DNA of 64,000 nt from Actinomadura sp. (GTDB lineage Bacteria > Actinomycetota > Actinomycetes > Streptosporangiales > Streptosporangiaceae), in contig DASYNF010000108.1 in NCBI GenBank assembly GCA_036008685.1, positions 12,589 through 76,588 of the forward strand, in the 5' to 3' direction. Position numbers and translations under genes: made by a program. Shown here piece by piece: positions 56,319 to 64,000 of this stretch. Every line of letters begins with the position of its first letter. Position 1 is the first letter of the stretch. The notes under the pieces were generated by a model. The model worked only from the letters and a program-made list of their open reading frames with translations. It was not told where the DNA came from and searched no databases.

Positions 56319-57131
56319 ATGCAGTCAGCACCGAAAAAGAACATCCTCGCCCGTAACCTCGTCAACTTGCTCGGCAGCAGCTCTGGGCCGTCCTCCCCCA
56401 CGGCCGGCGACGGCGAGATCATCCAACCGGCGGCCGGCGAAGACGCCCTCGAGAACCACCTCGGTGGTGACGAGGCCCGCAACTACCGGCAGTACGAATA
56501 CGACATGGTGGCCCCGCACGTCGGCCGGTCGCTGCTCGAGGTGGGCTCCGGGCTCGGGCACTTCTCCGAGCAGTTCGCCAAGCGGCTGGACTATCTCGTC
56601 GTCAGTGACAACGACCCCTTCTGCGTCGGCGAACTCCGCAAGCGCTATGCCGGCAACGACGACGTCGAGGTGCTCGATCTGGCCCTGCCGGCCGAGATCG
56701 AGATCAAGCGCAAGGTCGACACCGTCGTGATGATGAACGTTCTCGAGCACATCAAGGACGACGTCCAGGCGCTCAAGGACCTTGCCTCCATCGTCGAGCC
56801 CGGCGGCCGGATCATCATCTGGGTGCCCGGCTACATGCAGCTCTACGGCGACTTCGACCGCAAGGTCGGGCACGTCACCCGCTACACCCCCAAGACCCTC
56901 GGAGAGTCGGTCCAGGCCGCCGGGCTCGAGGCCGAGGTGCTCAAGCCGATCAACTTCCTCGGCGGCATCGCCTGGTGGATCGCCGTCCGCCGTGGTGGAG
57001 CGGGATATCCCGACCCCCGGCTGGTCAAGATCTATGACCGTACGGTCGTCCCGACCACGCGGGCGATCGAGCGGCTGATCAAGCCGCCGTTCGGCCAGAC
57101 CGTCTTGTGCGTCGCCCGGGTGCCGGCTTAG
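56319..57131 (+). CDS. Class I SAM-dependent methyltransferase
   Basis: Motif I is LLEVGSGLGHFS. The post-I region is VVSDND. A further segment is VVMMNVLEHIKDDVQALKDLASIVEPGGRIIIWVP. Confidence 0.8.
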   Translation: MQSAPKKNILARNLVNLLGSSSGPSSPTAGDGEIIQPAAGEDALENHLGGDEARNYRQYEYDMVAPHVGRSLLEVGSGLGHFSEQFAKRLDYLVVSDNDPFCVGELRKRYAGNDDVEVLDLALPAEIEIKRKVDTVVMMNVLEHIKDDVQALKDLASIVEPGGRIIIWVPGYMQLYGDFDRKVGHVTRYTPKTLGESVQAAGLEAEVLKPINFLGGIAWWIAVRRGGAGYPDPRLVKIYDRTVVPTTRAIERLIKPPFGQTVLCVARVPA

Positions 57132-57510
57132 GCCAGGTCCCGCTCTGAGACCGGAGGCCGGCCAAAGCCGGAGGCTCCCAGGCCTCGCTGAGCCATGGCC
57201 GGGCAAAGATAGGTAGCCACATCGGGGATCGCCCCCATGCGCACGGCCGTACGCTTCCGGATACTCCCCAGTGTGACCACATGGGTCGCGGGCCGGCAAT
57301 CGTGCCGAGGAGCACCCGTATGCTTCCTCCATTCCGCAGCCGATGCCCGTCGCCGCAGACCCATGCGGCCGACCGGTTCGGTGGTGGGAGCGAGGGAGGG
57401 CGAGGTTTCCGCCACCGGCTCCCGATCCTTTGACGTCATGACCCCGGGTGGCGCTGTCGCGGGGCCCCGCGGCGCCGCCCGGGCCGGGACGGGCCGGGAG
57501 CTCAGCGGAG

Positions 57511-59256
57511 CTACATCCGCTGCGGCGTGCCGACGCCGAGGAGGTCGAGCGCCCGCACCAGGGTGTTGAGGGTCAGGGAGCACAGCGCGAGCCTCGACGC
57601 CCGCACCTCCGGCTCCACACCCTCCTTGATCACGGGACAGGCCTCGTAGAACGTGGTGAAGGCCGAGGCCAGCTCGAAGATGTACGTGCACAGCCGGTGC
57701 GGCTCCGCCGTCTCGCCGGCGAGCTGGACGGCCGCGCCGAATCCGAGCAGCCGGAGGGCCAGTGCGCGCTCGGCGGCCGTCCCGGTGAGGATCGGCCCTG
57801 AGGCGTCCTGCGGATCGACGCCGCCCTTCCGGAAGATCGACCGGATCCGGGCTGTGGCGTACTGCAGATAGGGGCCGGTGTTGCCCTTGAACGGGACCAT
57901 CCGGTCGAAGTCGAAGATGTATTCGCTGTCCAGGGCCACGGACAGGTCGGCGTACTTCACCGCCCCGATGCCGATGGTCTCGATGATCTCCCGCCGGGTC
58001 TCCTCGTCGAACGGCTCATCGTGTTCGATCTTCTCGAACTCCTGGCCGGCCCGCTCGACGGCCTCGTCCAGGAGCGCACTGAGCTTGATCGTGCCACCCG
58101 CGCGGGTCCGCAGGATCTTGCCGTCCGTGCCGAGCACGTTGCCGATCTGGGCGTGTTCGAGCCGTACGTCCTCCGGCACCCATCCGGCCATGCGGGCCAC
58201 GGCGAAGGCCATCTGGAAGTGCAGAGCCTGCGCCGCACCGACCACGTAGACGACCCGGTCGACCTTGAGCTCGTCCACCCGGTGGCGAATGGTGGCGAGG
58301 TCGGTCGTCGAGTAGTTGTAGCCGCCGTCCCGCTTACGGATGATCACCGGTAGCGGTTCGCCCTCACGGCCGGTGAACCCGGGCGGGAACGCGCACAGGG
58401 CACCGTCGCTGATCACGGCGATGCCCTGCCGCTCCAGCTCCGCCGCGGTGGGGGCCAGCATGTCGTTGTAGAAGCTCTCGCCACGGATGTCCTCGTCCGT
58501 GAGGCTGACGCCGAGCCGGCCGTAGATCCGGTGGAGGTATTCCTTGGACAGGTCGACGACCTTGTGCCAGTGCCGCAGCGTGCCGGCGTCGCCGCCCTGG
58601 AGCTTGACCACGCGCTCCCTCGCCCGGTCGGCGAAGGCCTCGTCGGTGTCGAACTTGACCCGGGCCGCCTGGTAGAAGGTGTTGGGGTCCGTCTCCAGCA
58701 GTCTGGCCTCGGGTGACTCCTCACCCACATCCAGCAGATGCTCGATCAGCATGCCGAACGGCGTGCCCCAGTCGCCCAGGTGGTTGTCCCGGACGACCGT
58801 GTGGCCGAGGAACTCCAGGATCCGCGCGATCGCGTCGCCGACGATCGTGGTCCGCAGGTGCGCGACGTGCATCTCCTTGGCCACGTTGGGCGAGGAGTAT
58901 TCGACGACCACCTGCTGGGGCTCGTCGGTCTCCGGCACGGCCAGCCGCTCGTCGCCGTGCATGGCCTGGGCCTGCTGCGCGATCCACGCGTCGGTGAGCG
59001 TCAGGTTGATGAAGCCCGGTCCGCTGACCTCCAACCCCGTGCACACGTCGCCGACCTCGAGGTTGGCCACGATCTCGTTCGCCACGTCTCGCGGCTTTCG
59101 CCCCAGCTTCTTGGCCAGCGGCAGGGCCACGTTGGCCTGGAAGTCGGCGAACTGCGACGGCCGGATGACCGGGTCGGTGTCCGCGTGGTCCGGTCCGAAG
59201 GCGGCGGTGATCGCGGCCTGGACCCGGGCGGCGAGAACGAATTGTGGATCGGGCAT
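57511..59256 (-). CDS. argS: Arginine--tRNA ligase
   Basis: The HIGH-region equivalent is SSPNVAKEMHVAHLRTT. Further segments are GDWGTPFGMLIEHL, DLATIRHR and the anticodon-binding C-terminus ending in M. Confidence 0.95.
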   Translation of the reverse strand: MPDPQFVLAARVQAAITAAFGPDHADTDPVIRPSQFADFQANVALPLAKKLGRKPRDVANEIVANLEVGDVCTGLEVSGPGFINLTLTDAWIAQQAQAMHGDERLAVPETDEPQQVVVEYSSPNVAKEMHVAHLRTTIVGDAIARILEFLGHTVVRDNHLGDWGTPFGMLIEHLLDVGEESPEARLLETDPNTFYQAARVKFDTDEAFADRARERVVKLQGGDAGTLRHWHKVVDLSKEYLHRIYGRLGVSLTDEDIRGESFYNDMLAPTAAELERQGIAVISDGALCAFPPGFTGREGEPLPVIIRKRDGGYNYSTTDLATIRHRVDELKVDRVVYVVGAAQALHFQMAFAVARMAGWVPEDVRLEHAQIGNVLGTDGKILRTRAGGTIKLSALLDEAVERAGQEFEKIEHDEPFDEETRREIIETIGIGAVKYADLSVALDSEYIFDFDRMVPFKGNTGPYLQYATARIRSIFRKGGVDPQDASGPILTGTAAERALALRLLGFGAAVQLAGETAEPHRLCTYIFELASAFTTFYEACPVIKEGVEPEVRASRLALCSLTLNTLVRALDLLGVGTPQRM

Positions 59257-59317
59257 GTTCCAAGGTTATCGGCGCGGCCGTGTGAACTGGTGAAGATAAA
59301 GTCCTCCCCGGCACCCG

Positions 59318-59546
59318 GCCGCCATGATCTTGCGGGTGTCCGCACGAACAACCGCAAGATCACGGCTATGAAGGCGATCCGCGAGCGGGCGCGCGGGGTC
59401 TGGACTGACGAGTGAGCGAGTGCGAGGAACGAGCGCTCGGGAGCGAGGAAGACCCCGCGTAAACGCGCCCGCGAGCCGCCGCGCGGCAGCGCGGCCATGG
59501 GGTACAGGCCCGCGAGCCGCCGCGCGGAGCGCGGCCATGGGTACAG
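59318..59546 (-). repeat. Composite intergenic repeat, copy C (inverted orientation: H hairpin, Q, S, P, P)
   Basis: The reverse complement reads CTGTACCCATGGCCGCGCTCCGCGCGGCGGCTCGCGGG (twice) ...CTTCCTCGCTCCCGAGCGCTCGTTCCTCGCACTCGCTCACTCGTCAGTCCAGAC...AGCCGTGATCTTGCGG-loop-CCGCAAGATCATGG. It is colinear with copy A. Confidence 0.8.
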
Positions 59547-60641
59547 TCACTCCGCTTCGGGGACGACGTCTTCCTTTTCGGAGGCCGGGTGGTCGCGATC
59601 ACCGTGCCATCGGCCGAAGCGGGAGGTGCGTGCCGCGGACACCTGTTCGCGGATCCGCTCGACGATGTCTCCGGCCACGAGATCGTGGGCGAGCACACAG
59701 GCCGAGGTGATGGCCCGCGCGTCCGAGGCGCCGTGAGCGATCACCACGGTGCCGTTGAGTCCCAGCAGCACCCCGCCGCCGTAGGTCCCCGGGTCGAGCC
59801 GCTCCCGTAGCTCCCGCAGCGGGCGGCGCTGCATCAGCGCGCCCGCTTTGGCGCGCCGGCTCGAGGCGATCGCCGCCTGCACCTCGCCGAAGGCCAGCTT
59901 CACGGCGCCTTCCATGGTCTTGAGGGCCACGTTGCCGGTGAAGCCGTCCGTGACGACCACGTCGACCTTGCCTTCGAGCAGATCGTCGCCCTCGATGTTG
60001 CCGGCGAAATCGATGCCCGGATGCCCCGCACTGAGGAGCTCGTGTGCCCGCCGGGCCAGTTTGTTGCCCTTGCCCGGCTCGGCGCCGATCGTCAGCAGAC
60101 CGACGCGCGGACGCTCCACTCCGAGCCGTACCTGCGCGAAGGCCGTGCCCAGGGCGGCGTACTGCACCAGCGTCTCGGGTTTCACGTCGGCGGTCGCGCC
60201 GGCGTCGAGCAGCACCGTCGGGCGCGGGTGGGTCGGGAGCGTGACGGCGATGGCGGGGCGCATCACCCCGTGCTGCCCCTTCAACCGCAACCGGGAGGTC
60301 GCGACGACACCGGCCGTCGTTCCCGCCGACACCAGGGCCGAGGCCTTGTTCTGACGGATGAGCCGGCAGGCGATGGCCACCGAGGAGCGGGGCGTGCGCC
60401 AGCTCGCCAGCGCGCCCTCGTCCATGGCGAGAGCCTCGTCGGTGTGCGCGATCTGGACCTCCCCGCCCACCCCGAGCCGATCGAGTTCCCTCCTGATCCG
60501 CGGCGCCTGGCCGACCAGGATCAGCCGCAGGCCGTGTTCGTGTACGGCCGCCGCGGCCCCCTGGATGATCTCCTCTGGGGCGTGGTCTCCGCCCATCGTG
60601 TCCACGGCGACCGGCCCGGGCGGTGCGGCGCTGCCGGGCAT
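59547..60641 (-). CDS. plsX: Phosphate acyltransferase PlsX
   Basis: The ATG at 60639..60641 opens MPGSAAPPGPVAVDTMGGDHAPEEII...ASALVSAGTTAGVVA...VTDGFTGNVALKTMEG...GGGVLLGLNGTVVIAHGAS. It has a short charged C-terminal extension. Confidence 0.85.
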   Translation of the reverse strand: MPGSAAPPGPVAVDTMGGDHAPEEIIQGAAAAVHEHGLRLILVGQAPRIRRELDRLGVGGEVQIAHTDEALAMDEGALASWRTPRSSVAIACRLIRQNKASALVSAGTTAGVVATSRLRLKGQHGVMRPAIAVTLPTHPRPTVLLDAGATADVKPETLVQYAALGTAFAQVRLGVERPRVGLLTIGAEPGKGNKLARRAHELLSAGHPGIDFAGNIEGDDLLEGKVDVVVTDGFTGNVALKTMEGAVKLAFGEVQAAIASSRRAKAGALMQRRPLRELRERLDPGTYGGGVLLGLNGTVVIAHGASDARAITSACVLAHDLVAGDIVERIREQVSAARTSRFGRWHGDRDHPASEKEDVVPEAE

Positions 60642-60749
60642 GCGGTGCTCCTGGATCAGGAAGGGAAGGGTGTCAGCGCCGATCGTGCGCCTCAAATCAT
60701 GGTAGGGCCACCAGCCTTTCCCCTGATCACCGGTTCTGACCCTCGGTGA

Positions 60750-61148
60750 TCAGTCCTTCCCGCGGCGGCAGTCCCTACCGAGGCAGTGGGCGTTCTGCAC
60801 GAGGGGCCGGCCGTTGAGGAGGATGGTGTAGTACTCCTCCTTGACCCTGTCCTCCGCGGCCCCGATGACCTGGACCCGCTTGGCGTCCGTGGTCGACCCG
60901 AGGCAGCTCACCCGCATGCGCCGCTTGGTGAAGCCGGGCATGTCCTGACAGGTCAGCGGCTTGACGAGATAGTGTCCACGCGAGCGCAGCTCATCACTCG
61001 CGGTCATCGGCGTGGCGATGAGCAGGGCCGTCTGCGTCTTGTGCCGGAGCTCTTTGCCGCCGAAGATCGTCAGCAGCCCGAAGACGGCCGCGCAGATGGC
61101 TCCGAGGCCGATCGAGGTGACGACGGCGGCGGCGACGGGAATCTTCAC
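60750..61148 (-). CDS. Membrane-anchored small secreted protein with 4 conserved Cys (paralogue of 61218..61574)
   Basis: The GTG start is followed by the TM segment VAAAVVTSIGLGAICAAVFGLLTIF. The C-terminal domain is LTCQDMPGFTKRRMRVSCLGSTTDAKRVQVIGAAEDRVKEEYYTILLNGRPLVQNAHCLGRDC. Confidence 0.55.
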   Translation of the reverse strand: MKIPVAAAVVTSIGLGAICAAVFGLLTIFGGKELRHKTQTALLIATPMTASDELRSRGHYLVKPLTCQDMPGFTKRRMRVSCLGSTTDAKRVQVIGAAEDRVKEEYYTILLNGRPLVQNAHCLGRDCRRGKD

Positions 61149-61217
61149 AGTGTCAAGCGTCGCGCCTCGCGGAGCGGCACGCCCGGCGTGCCGGGCGGGT
61201 TTTCCCCCGAATTGACC

Positions 61218-61574
61218 TCAGCTCGCCGGGCCCTTGCCGCAACCCAGGCCGAGACAGGCCTTACGCAGCACCTCGCGCCCCGCCACGGTCACCACGAACT
61301 CCTGGCGGGGGTTCGGCGTGTCCGCGTCGCGGGCGATCCCCCGTACCCGGATCGGCTCCCCCCGAACGGTACGGCCGGTGCAGTGGACCCGTACGACCGA
61401 GGGCGTGTTGTCCCGCGGCAGCGTGCAGGCGATCGTGCCGCGCACGGGATGGCCGGCCCGGCCGAGTTCGGTCCTGGCGCCGGTGGCGGTGGCGGTGCCG
61501 AACGCCTTCTCGGAGATGTCCCGCATCGCGCCGCAGCCGCAGAGGCCGAGGATCATCAGTACGGTCAGGAGCAT
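61218..61574 (-). CDS. Putative lipoprotein with the same 4-Cys domain
   Basis: The ATG at 61572..61574 opens MLLTVLMILGLCGCGA, a lipobox-like L-G-L-C. The domain is IACTLPRDNTPSVVRVHCTGRTVRGEPIRVRGIARDADTPNPRQEFVVTVAGREVLRKACLGLGC. Confidence 0.6.
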   Translation of the reverse strand: MLLTVLMILGLCGCGAMRDISEKAFGTATATGARTELGRAGHPVRGTIACTLPRDNTPSVVRVHCTGRTVRGEPIRVRGIARDADTPNPRQEFVVTVAGREVLRKACLGLGCGKGPAS

Positions 61575-61579
61575 GGTCC

Positions 61580-62458
61580 TCACACGGCCCCCTGCGTCCT
61601 CTGGGCCTCGGCCTGGCCGACGGCGTCCGCGACCGCGTCCGGCCGGTCGAGCTGGACCATGTGCGGGCACTGGGGAAGCCGCACCTGCCGGCCGTACGGG
61701 CTCATCGCGGCGAGCCGCGCATGGCACGCCGACCAGCGACGTGCCTCCTCCTGAGCGGGCAGGTCGCCGAGCGCGGTGAGCACGACGAGGGGGACCGCGG
61801 GAAGGCGCCGGTGCTCACGCAGAGCCGCCAGGTCCGCCGCCATCTCCCCGTAGGCGACGTACTCGGCGAGCACGGTGCCGAGCACCTGCCCGCGCCCGTA
61901 GACCGACCGTACGACGGAACCGGGCACGACCTGGCCACGGCGGCTGATGCCGCCCAGGACCCGGCGGTAGGCCCAGGGGCCGAGGAGCCGCGACAGGCCG
62001 GTGATCTGCGCCAGCGTTCCGGCGGCCCGGGCCAGGGGGACGAGCACGGCCGGCAGCCGGACGCCGGGCTTCTGGTCTCGCTCACAGCTCGGGTCCACCA
62101 GGACGAGGCCGGCCACCAGGTCGGGGCGGGTCCGGGCCAGCGCCTCCGCGTGGAAGGCGGCCACGGAGTGAGCCACCACGGTCACGGGCGCGCCCGCCCA
62201 CTCGGCCAGCGCGGCGAGCAGGCCGGCCTCCGCGCGCAGGTTCGGGGGCCTGTGCCCGACCGGGCTCGCTCCGAGCCCGGGCCGATCGAACACGATGACC
62301 CGGTGCCGCCCGGCCAGCAGGTCCACGACCCGTTCCCAGTCGAACCAGGCACCGCCGAGCCCGGTGCTCAGCAGCAGCGGCGGGCCGTCCTTGCGGCCGG
62401 TCTCGACCACGTGGACGCGCTCGCCGTCGACCTCGATCAACTCACCGACTCGGCTCAT
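61580..62458 (-). CDS. Alpha/beta-fold hydrolase
   Basis: The ATG at 62456..62458 opens MSRVGELIEVDGERVHVVETGRKDGPPLLLSTGLGGAWFDWERV...RVIVFDRPGLGAS. The nucleophile elbow is VVAHSVAA, and the C-terminal His context is CPHMVQLDRPD. Only the last 293 codons of track ORF 61580..62998 are used. Confidence 0.8.
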   Translation of the reverse strand: MSRVGELIEVDGERVHVVETGRKDGPPLLLSTGLGGAWFDWERVVDLLAGRHRVIVFDRPGLGASPVGHRPPNLRAEAGLLAALAEWAGAPVTVVAHSVAAFHAEALARTRPDLVAGLVLVDPSCERDQKPGVRLPAVLVPLARAAGTLAQITGLSRLLGPWAYRRVLGGISRRGQVVPGSVVRSVYGRGQVLGTVLAEYVAYGEMAADLAALREHRRLPAVPLVVLTALGDLPAQEEARRWSACHARLAAMSPYGRQVRLPQCPHMVQLDRPDAVADAVGQAEAQRTQGAV

Positions 62459-63279
62459 GGCTTCGCTCCGCTCGGCGGTATGGGCTGTTGTGCCCGGACC
62501 TCGGCCGGTTCGGGCGGCTCGTACGGCTGCGCCGGGCGAGAGGGCGCCTCGGGCGCGCCGGCCGGGATCGTCGCGCCTCGTCCACGGTCGCGGCGGTCCG
62601 CGTACAGCGCCCAGGCGATGGTCAACAGGCTGAGAGACAGGACGATGATCTGGATGCGCTGCGCCAGTCCCAGCCAGGCACCGGCCACCATGAGGCAGAG
62701 CGTGGTCAGCGCGGAGACGACCTCCGCGATGGCGAGCGCCCATCCCCATCGGGCGAGAGCGGGCCACCAGCCATAACGGCGGGCGGCGATGGACAGCGCG
62801 AACAGCGCGATGATGGCGCAGGCGATCACTGAGCCGCTGGTCACGGCGTGGAACTGGTGGGAGAAGGAGACGTGGTCGGCGCGCTCCCGCAGGGCACAGG
62901 TGGTGTCGAGGCTCGGCGCACAGTCGAGCGGGAAGGTGGCGTCCCCCAGCACCGAGATCCCGAACAGGAGCAGGAACGTCCATCCGGCCGATGCCCATGG
63001 CCTGCGGCGCAGGGTCACCAGGGCGGTGACCGAGACGATGATGGTGAGCCAGCCGGTGATGTAGTCGCCGGCGTTGTAGGCCCAGTGGAACGGCTGGTCG
63101 ACGGCCGAGAGCTCGCTGGCGTAGCCGTCGATGACGTCGAGGTCCGGACTGAGCAGGGACTCCAGCAGGAACGAGGAGTAGGAGATCCCGGCGATGGCCG
63201 CCATGACGGCGGCGAACGGGGGCACGACCCCGGGCCCGGCCCTACGTCCCCCGGAGCTCACCGCCGCCTCCCTCCGCAT
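62455..63279 (-). CDS. Polytopic membrane protein (DUF998-like, tentative)
   Basis: There are six or seven TM segments, including FAAVMAAIAGISYSSFLL, YITGWLTIIVSVTALVTL, WTFLLLFGISVLG, VIACAIIALFALSIA and IIVLSLSLLTIAWALY. Its stop overlaps the hydrolase start (ATGA). Confidence 0.65.
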   Translation of the reverse strand: MRREAAVSSGGRRAGPGVVPPFAAVMAAIAGISYSSFLLESLLSPDLDVIDGYASELSAVDQPFHWAYNAGDYITGWLTIIVSVTALVTLRRRPWASAGWTFLLLFGISVLGDATFPLDCAPSLDTTCALRERADHVSFSHQFHAVTSGSVIACAIIALFALSIAARRYGWWPALARWGWALAIAEVVSALTTLCLMVAGAWLGLAQRIQIIVLSLSLLTIAWALYADRRDRGRGATIPAGAPEAPSRPAQPYEPPEPAEVRAQQPIPPSGAKP

Positions 63280-63785
63280 GTTTCAGACCACATGCCGGGA
63301 CTCAGGATATGTACGGCGGACCGCAGGTGATCCGCGCACCCCCGCGGGGGACTCGAGAACCATGGGTTGTGCGACATTCCGCCCGTGTGGTGGTATTCGG
63401 ACAGTCGGGACGAAACTTCGCGCGGCGAACGGACATTGTCCCGACGAGAACTCTACGGTGCGCCTCAGGAGGGGCGCCGGGATGCGGCTCCGCAGTGGCG
63501 TCGCTGAGATTCGGTACGGGTACCTACTCGGTGAAAACAGGGCGGAAACGGTATCAATGGGAGCGGGAATGCGCAGCTCGCTTCGGTGCCGGACCTGCGC
63601 CGGACCTGCGACGGAGCCCGTGTGGTGAGGAGGCCACGACCGACCCGCGAAGCCTCGGGGTCATGCCCAGATGATGACCGTGCGTCATTTGACCTGCTCG
63701 TACCACCGATGGACCTCGGCCAGGGCGATGTCGGCCGACGCACGCTCGAGCCCGCGTTCCACCGATGCAAAGGAGTTATGCCAAC

Positions 63786-64000
63786 GTGACTTTGGTCAAT
63801 GACGCGGCACCCTCCGCAGTGCGATCCACCGGTCGCAAGTTCCGCGCCTTCACGGTGAAGCACCTGGACGAGCTCACCGCTCGGGCCGGGTTGTCGCCGG
63901 ACCAGCGCTTGGCGACCCGGGCGGTGGCGACAGTCCTGCCGTTCCGGACCAACAGCTACGTCGTCGAGGAGCTGATCGACTGGTCCGCCGCCCCGGACGA
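63786..64000 (+). CDS. KamA-family radical SAM aminomutase (lysine 2,3-aminomutase-like), N-terminal fragment only
   Basis: The GTG at 63786 lies 10 nt after AAGGAG. The translation is VTLVNDAAPSAVRSTGRKFRAFTVKHLDELTARAGLSPDQRLATRAVATVLPFRTNSYVVEELIDWSAAPDD. LPFRTNSYV..ELIDW is the KamA N-terminal pattern as I remember it. The CxxxCxxC motif lies beyond the window. Confidence 0.7.
   Translation, partial: MTLVNDAAPSAVRSTGRKFRAFTVKHLDELTARAGLSPDQRLATRAVATVLPFRTNSYVVEELIDWSAAPD

Noticed and set aside
57128-57691. 187-aa minus ORF downstream of and overlapping argS
   Set aside because: Its N-terminal third overlaps the argS 3' end in another frame. The remainder has mediocre codon bias and no motifs. 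I kept it only as an unassigned spacer finding.
63280-63785. Lysine riboswitch (L-box) or hidden small gene in the 500-bp leader of the KamA-like gene
   Set aside because: I recognised no L-box core. The minus-strand segment ending ...ALAEVHRWYEQVK-stop has no usable start codon beyond 22 codons. The listed ORFs at 63309..63674 and 63465..63863 are low-complexity artefacts.

Overview
The window is very GC-rich with strong third-position GC bias. It looks like a chromosomal core segment of an actinobacterium (Actinomycetota), and the organism cannot be named from sequence alone. From memory, the gene order recalls the Mycobacterium tuberculosis Rv0861c-Rv0889c neighbourhood (XPB/ercc3 plus its large partner, cspB, fadE10-like ACAD, MFS, DUF3027, MarR, serC, citA), interleaved with groEL2, ideR, argS, gpgS, pdxH and a beta-oxidation block. 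I support about 55 CDS. Most long ORFs in the six-frame track are antisense or alternate-frame artefacts typical of high-GC DNA. I found no rRNA, tRNA, CRISPR array or transposase. Clear cis elements are a SAM-I riboswitch in front of a ThrC-like gene, two CIRCE operators in front of groEL, and several long perfect palindromes at convergent gene ends. The most unusual items are these. (1) A composite intergenic repeat family (modules P, S, Q and a 23-nt half-site H) occupies six intergenic loci: 15.9k, 18.65k, 38.0-38.3k, 47.7-48.0k, 52.2k and 59.3-59.5k. One locus lies next to a truncated hydrolase gene. (2) An extracytoplasmic S15/CocE-NonD-type serine hydrolase is fused through a TM helix to an ABC ATPase, within a translationally coupled envelope operon that has an elaborate repeat-bearing leader. 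(3) The SAM-riboswitch-controlled, zinc-ribbon ThrC-like enzyme is probably a methionine-branch enzyme rather than a threonine synthase. (4) There are two large uncharacterised membrane proteins: one built from repeated 2TM+PH-like modules, the other a receptor-like protein with an extracellular PBP type-1 domain. (5) A 15-bp periodic array carries the palindrome GTCAaTGAC, and its 12-mer recurs at the start of a KamA-family gene. All homology calls were made by eye from motifs, and no searches were run.
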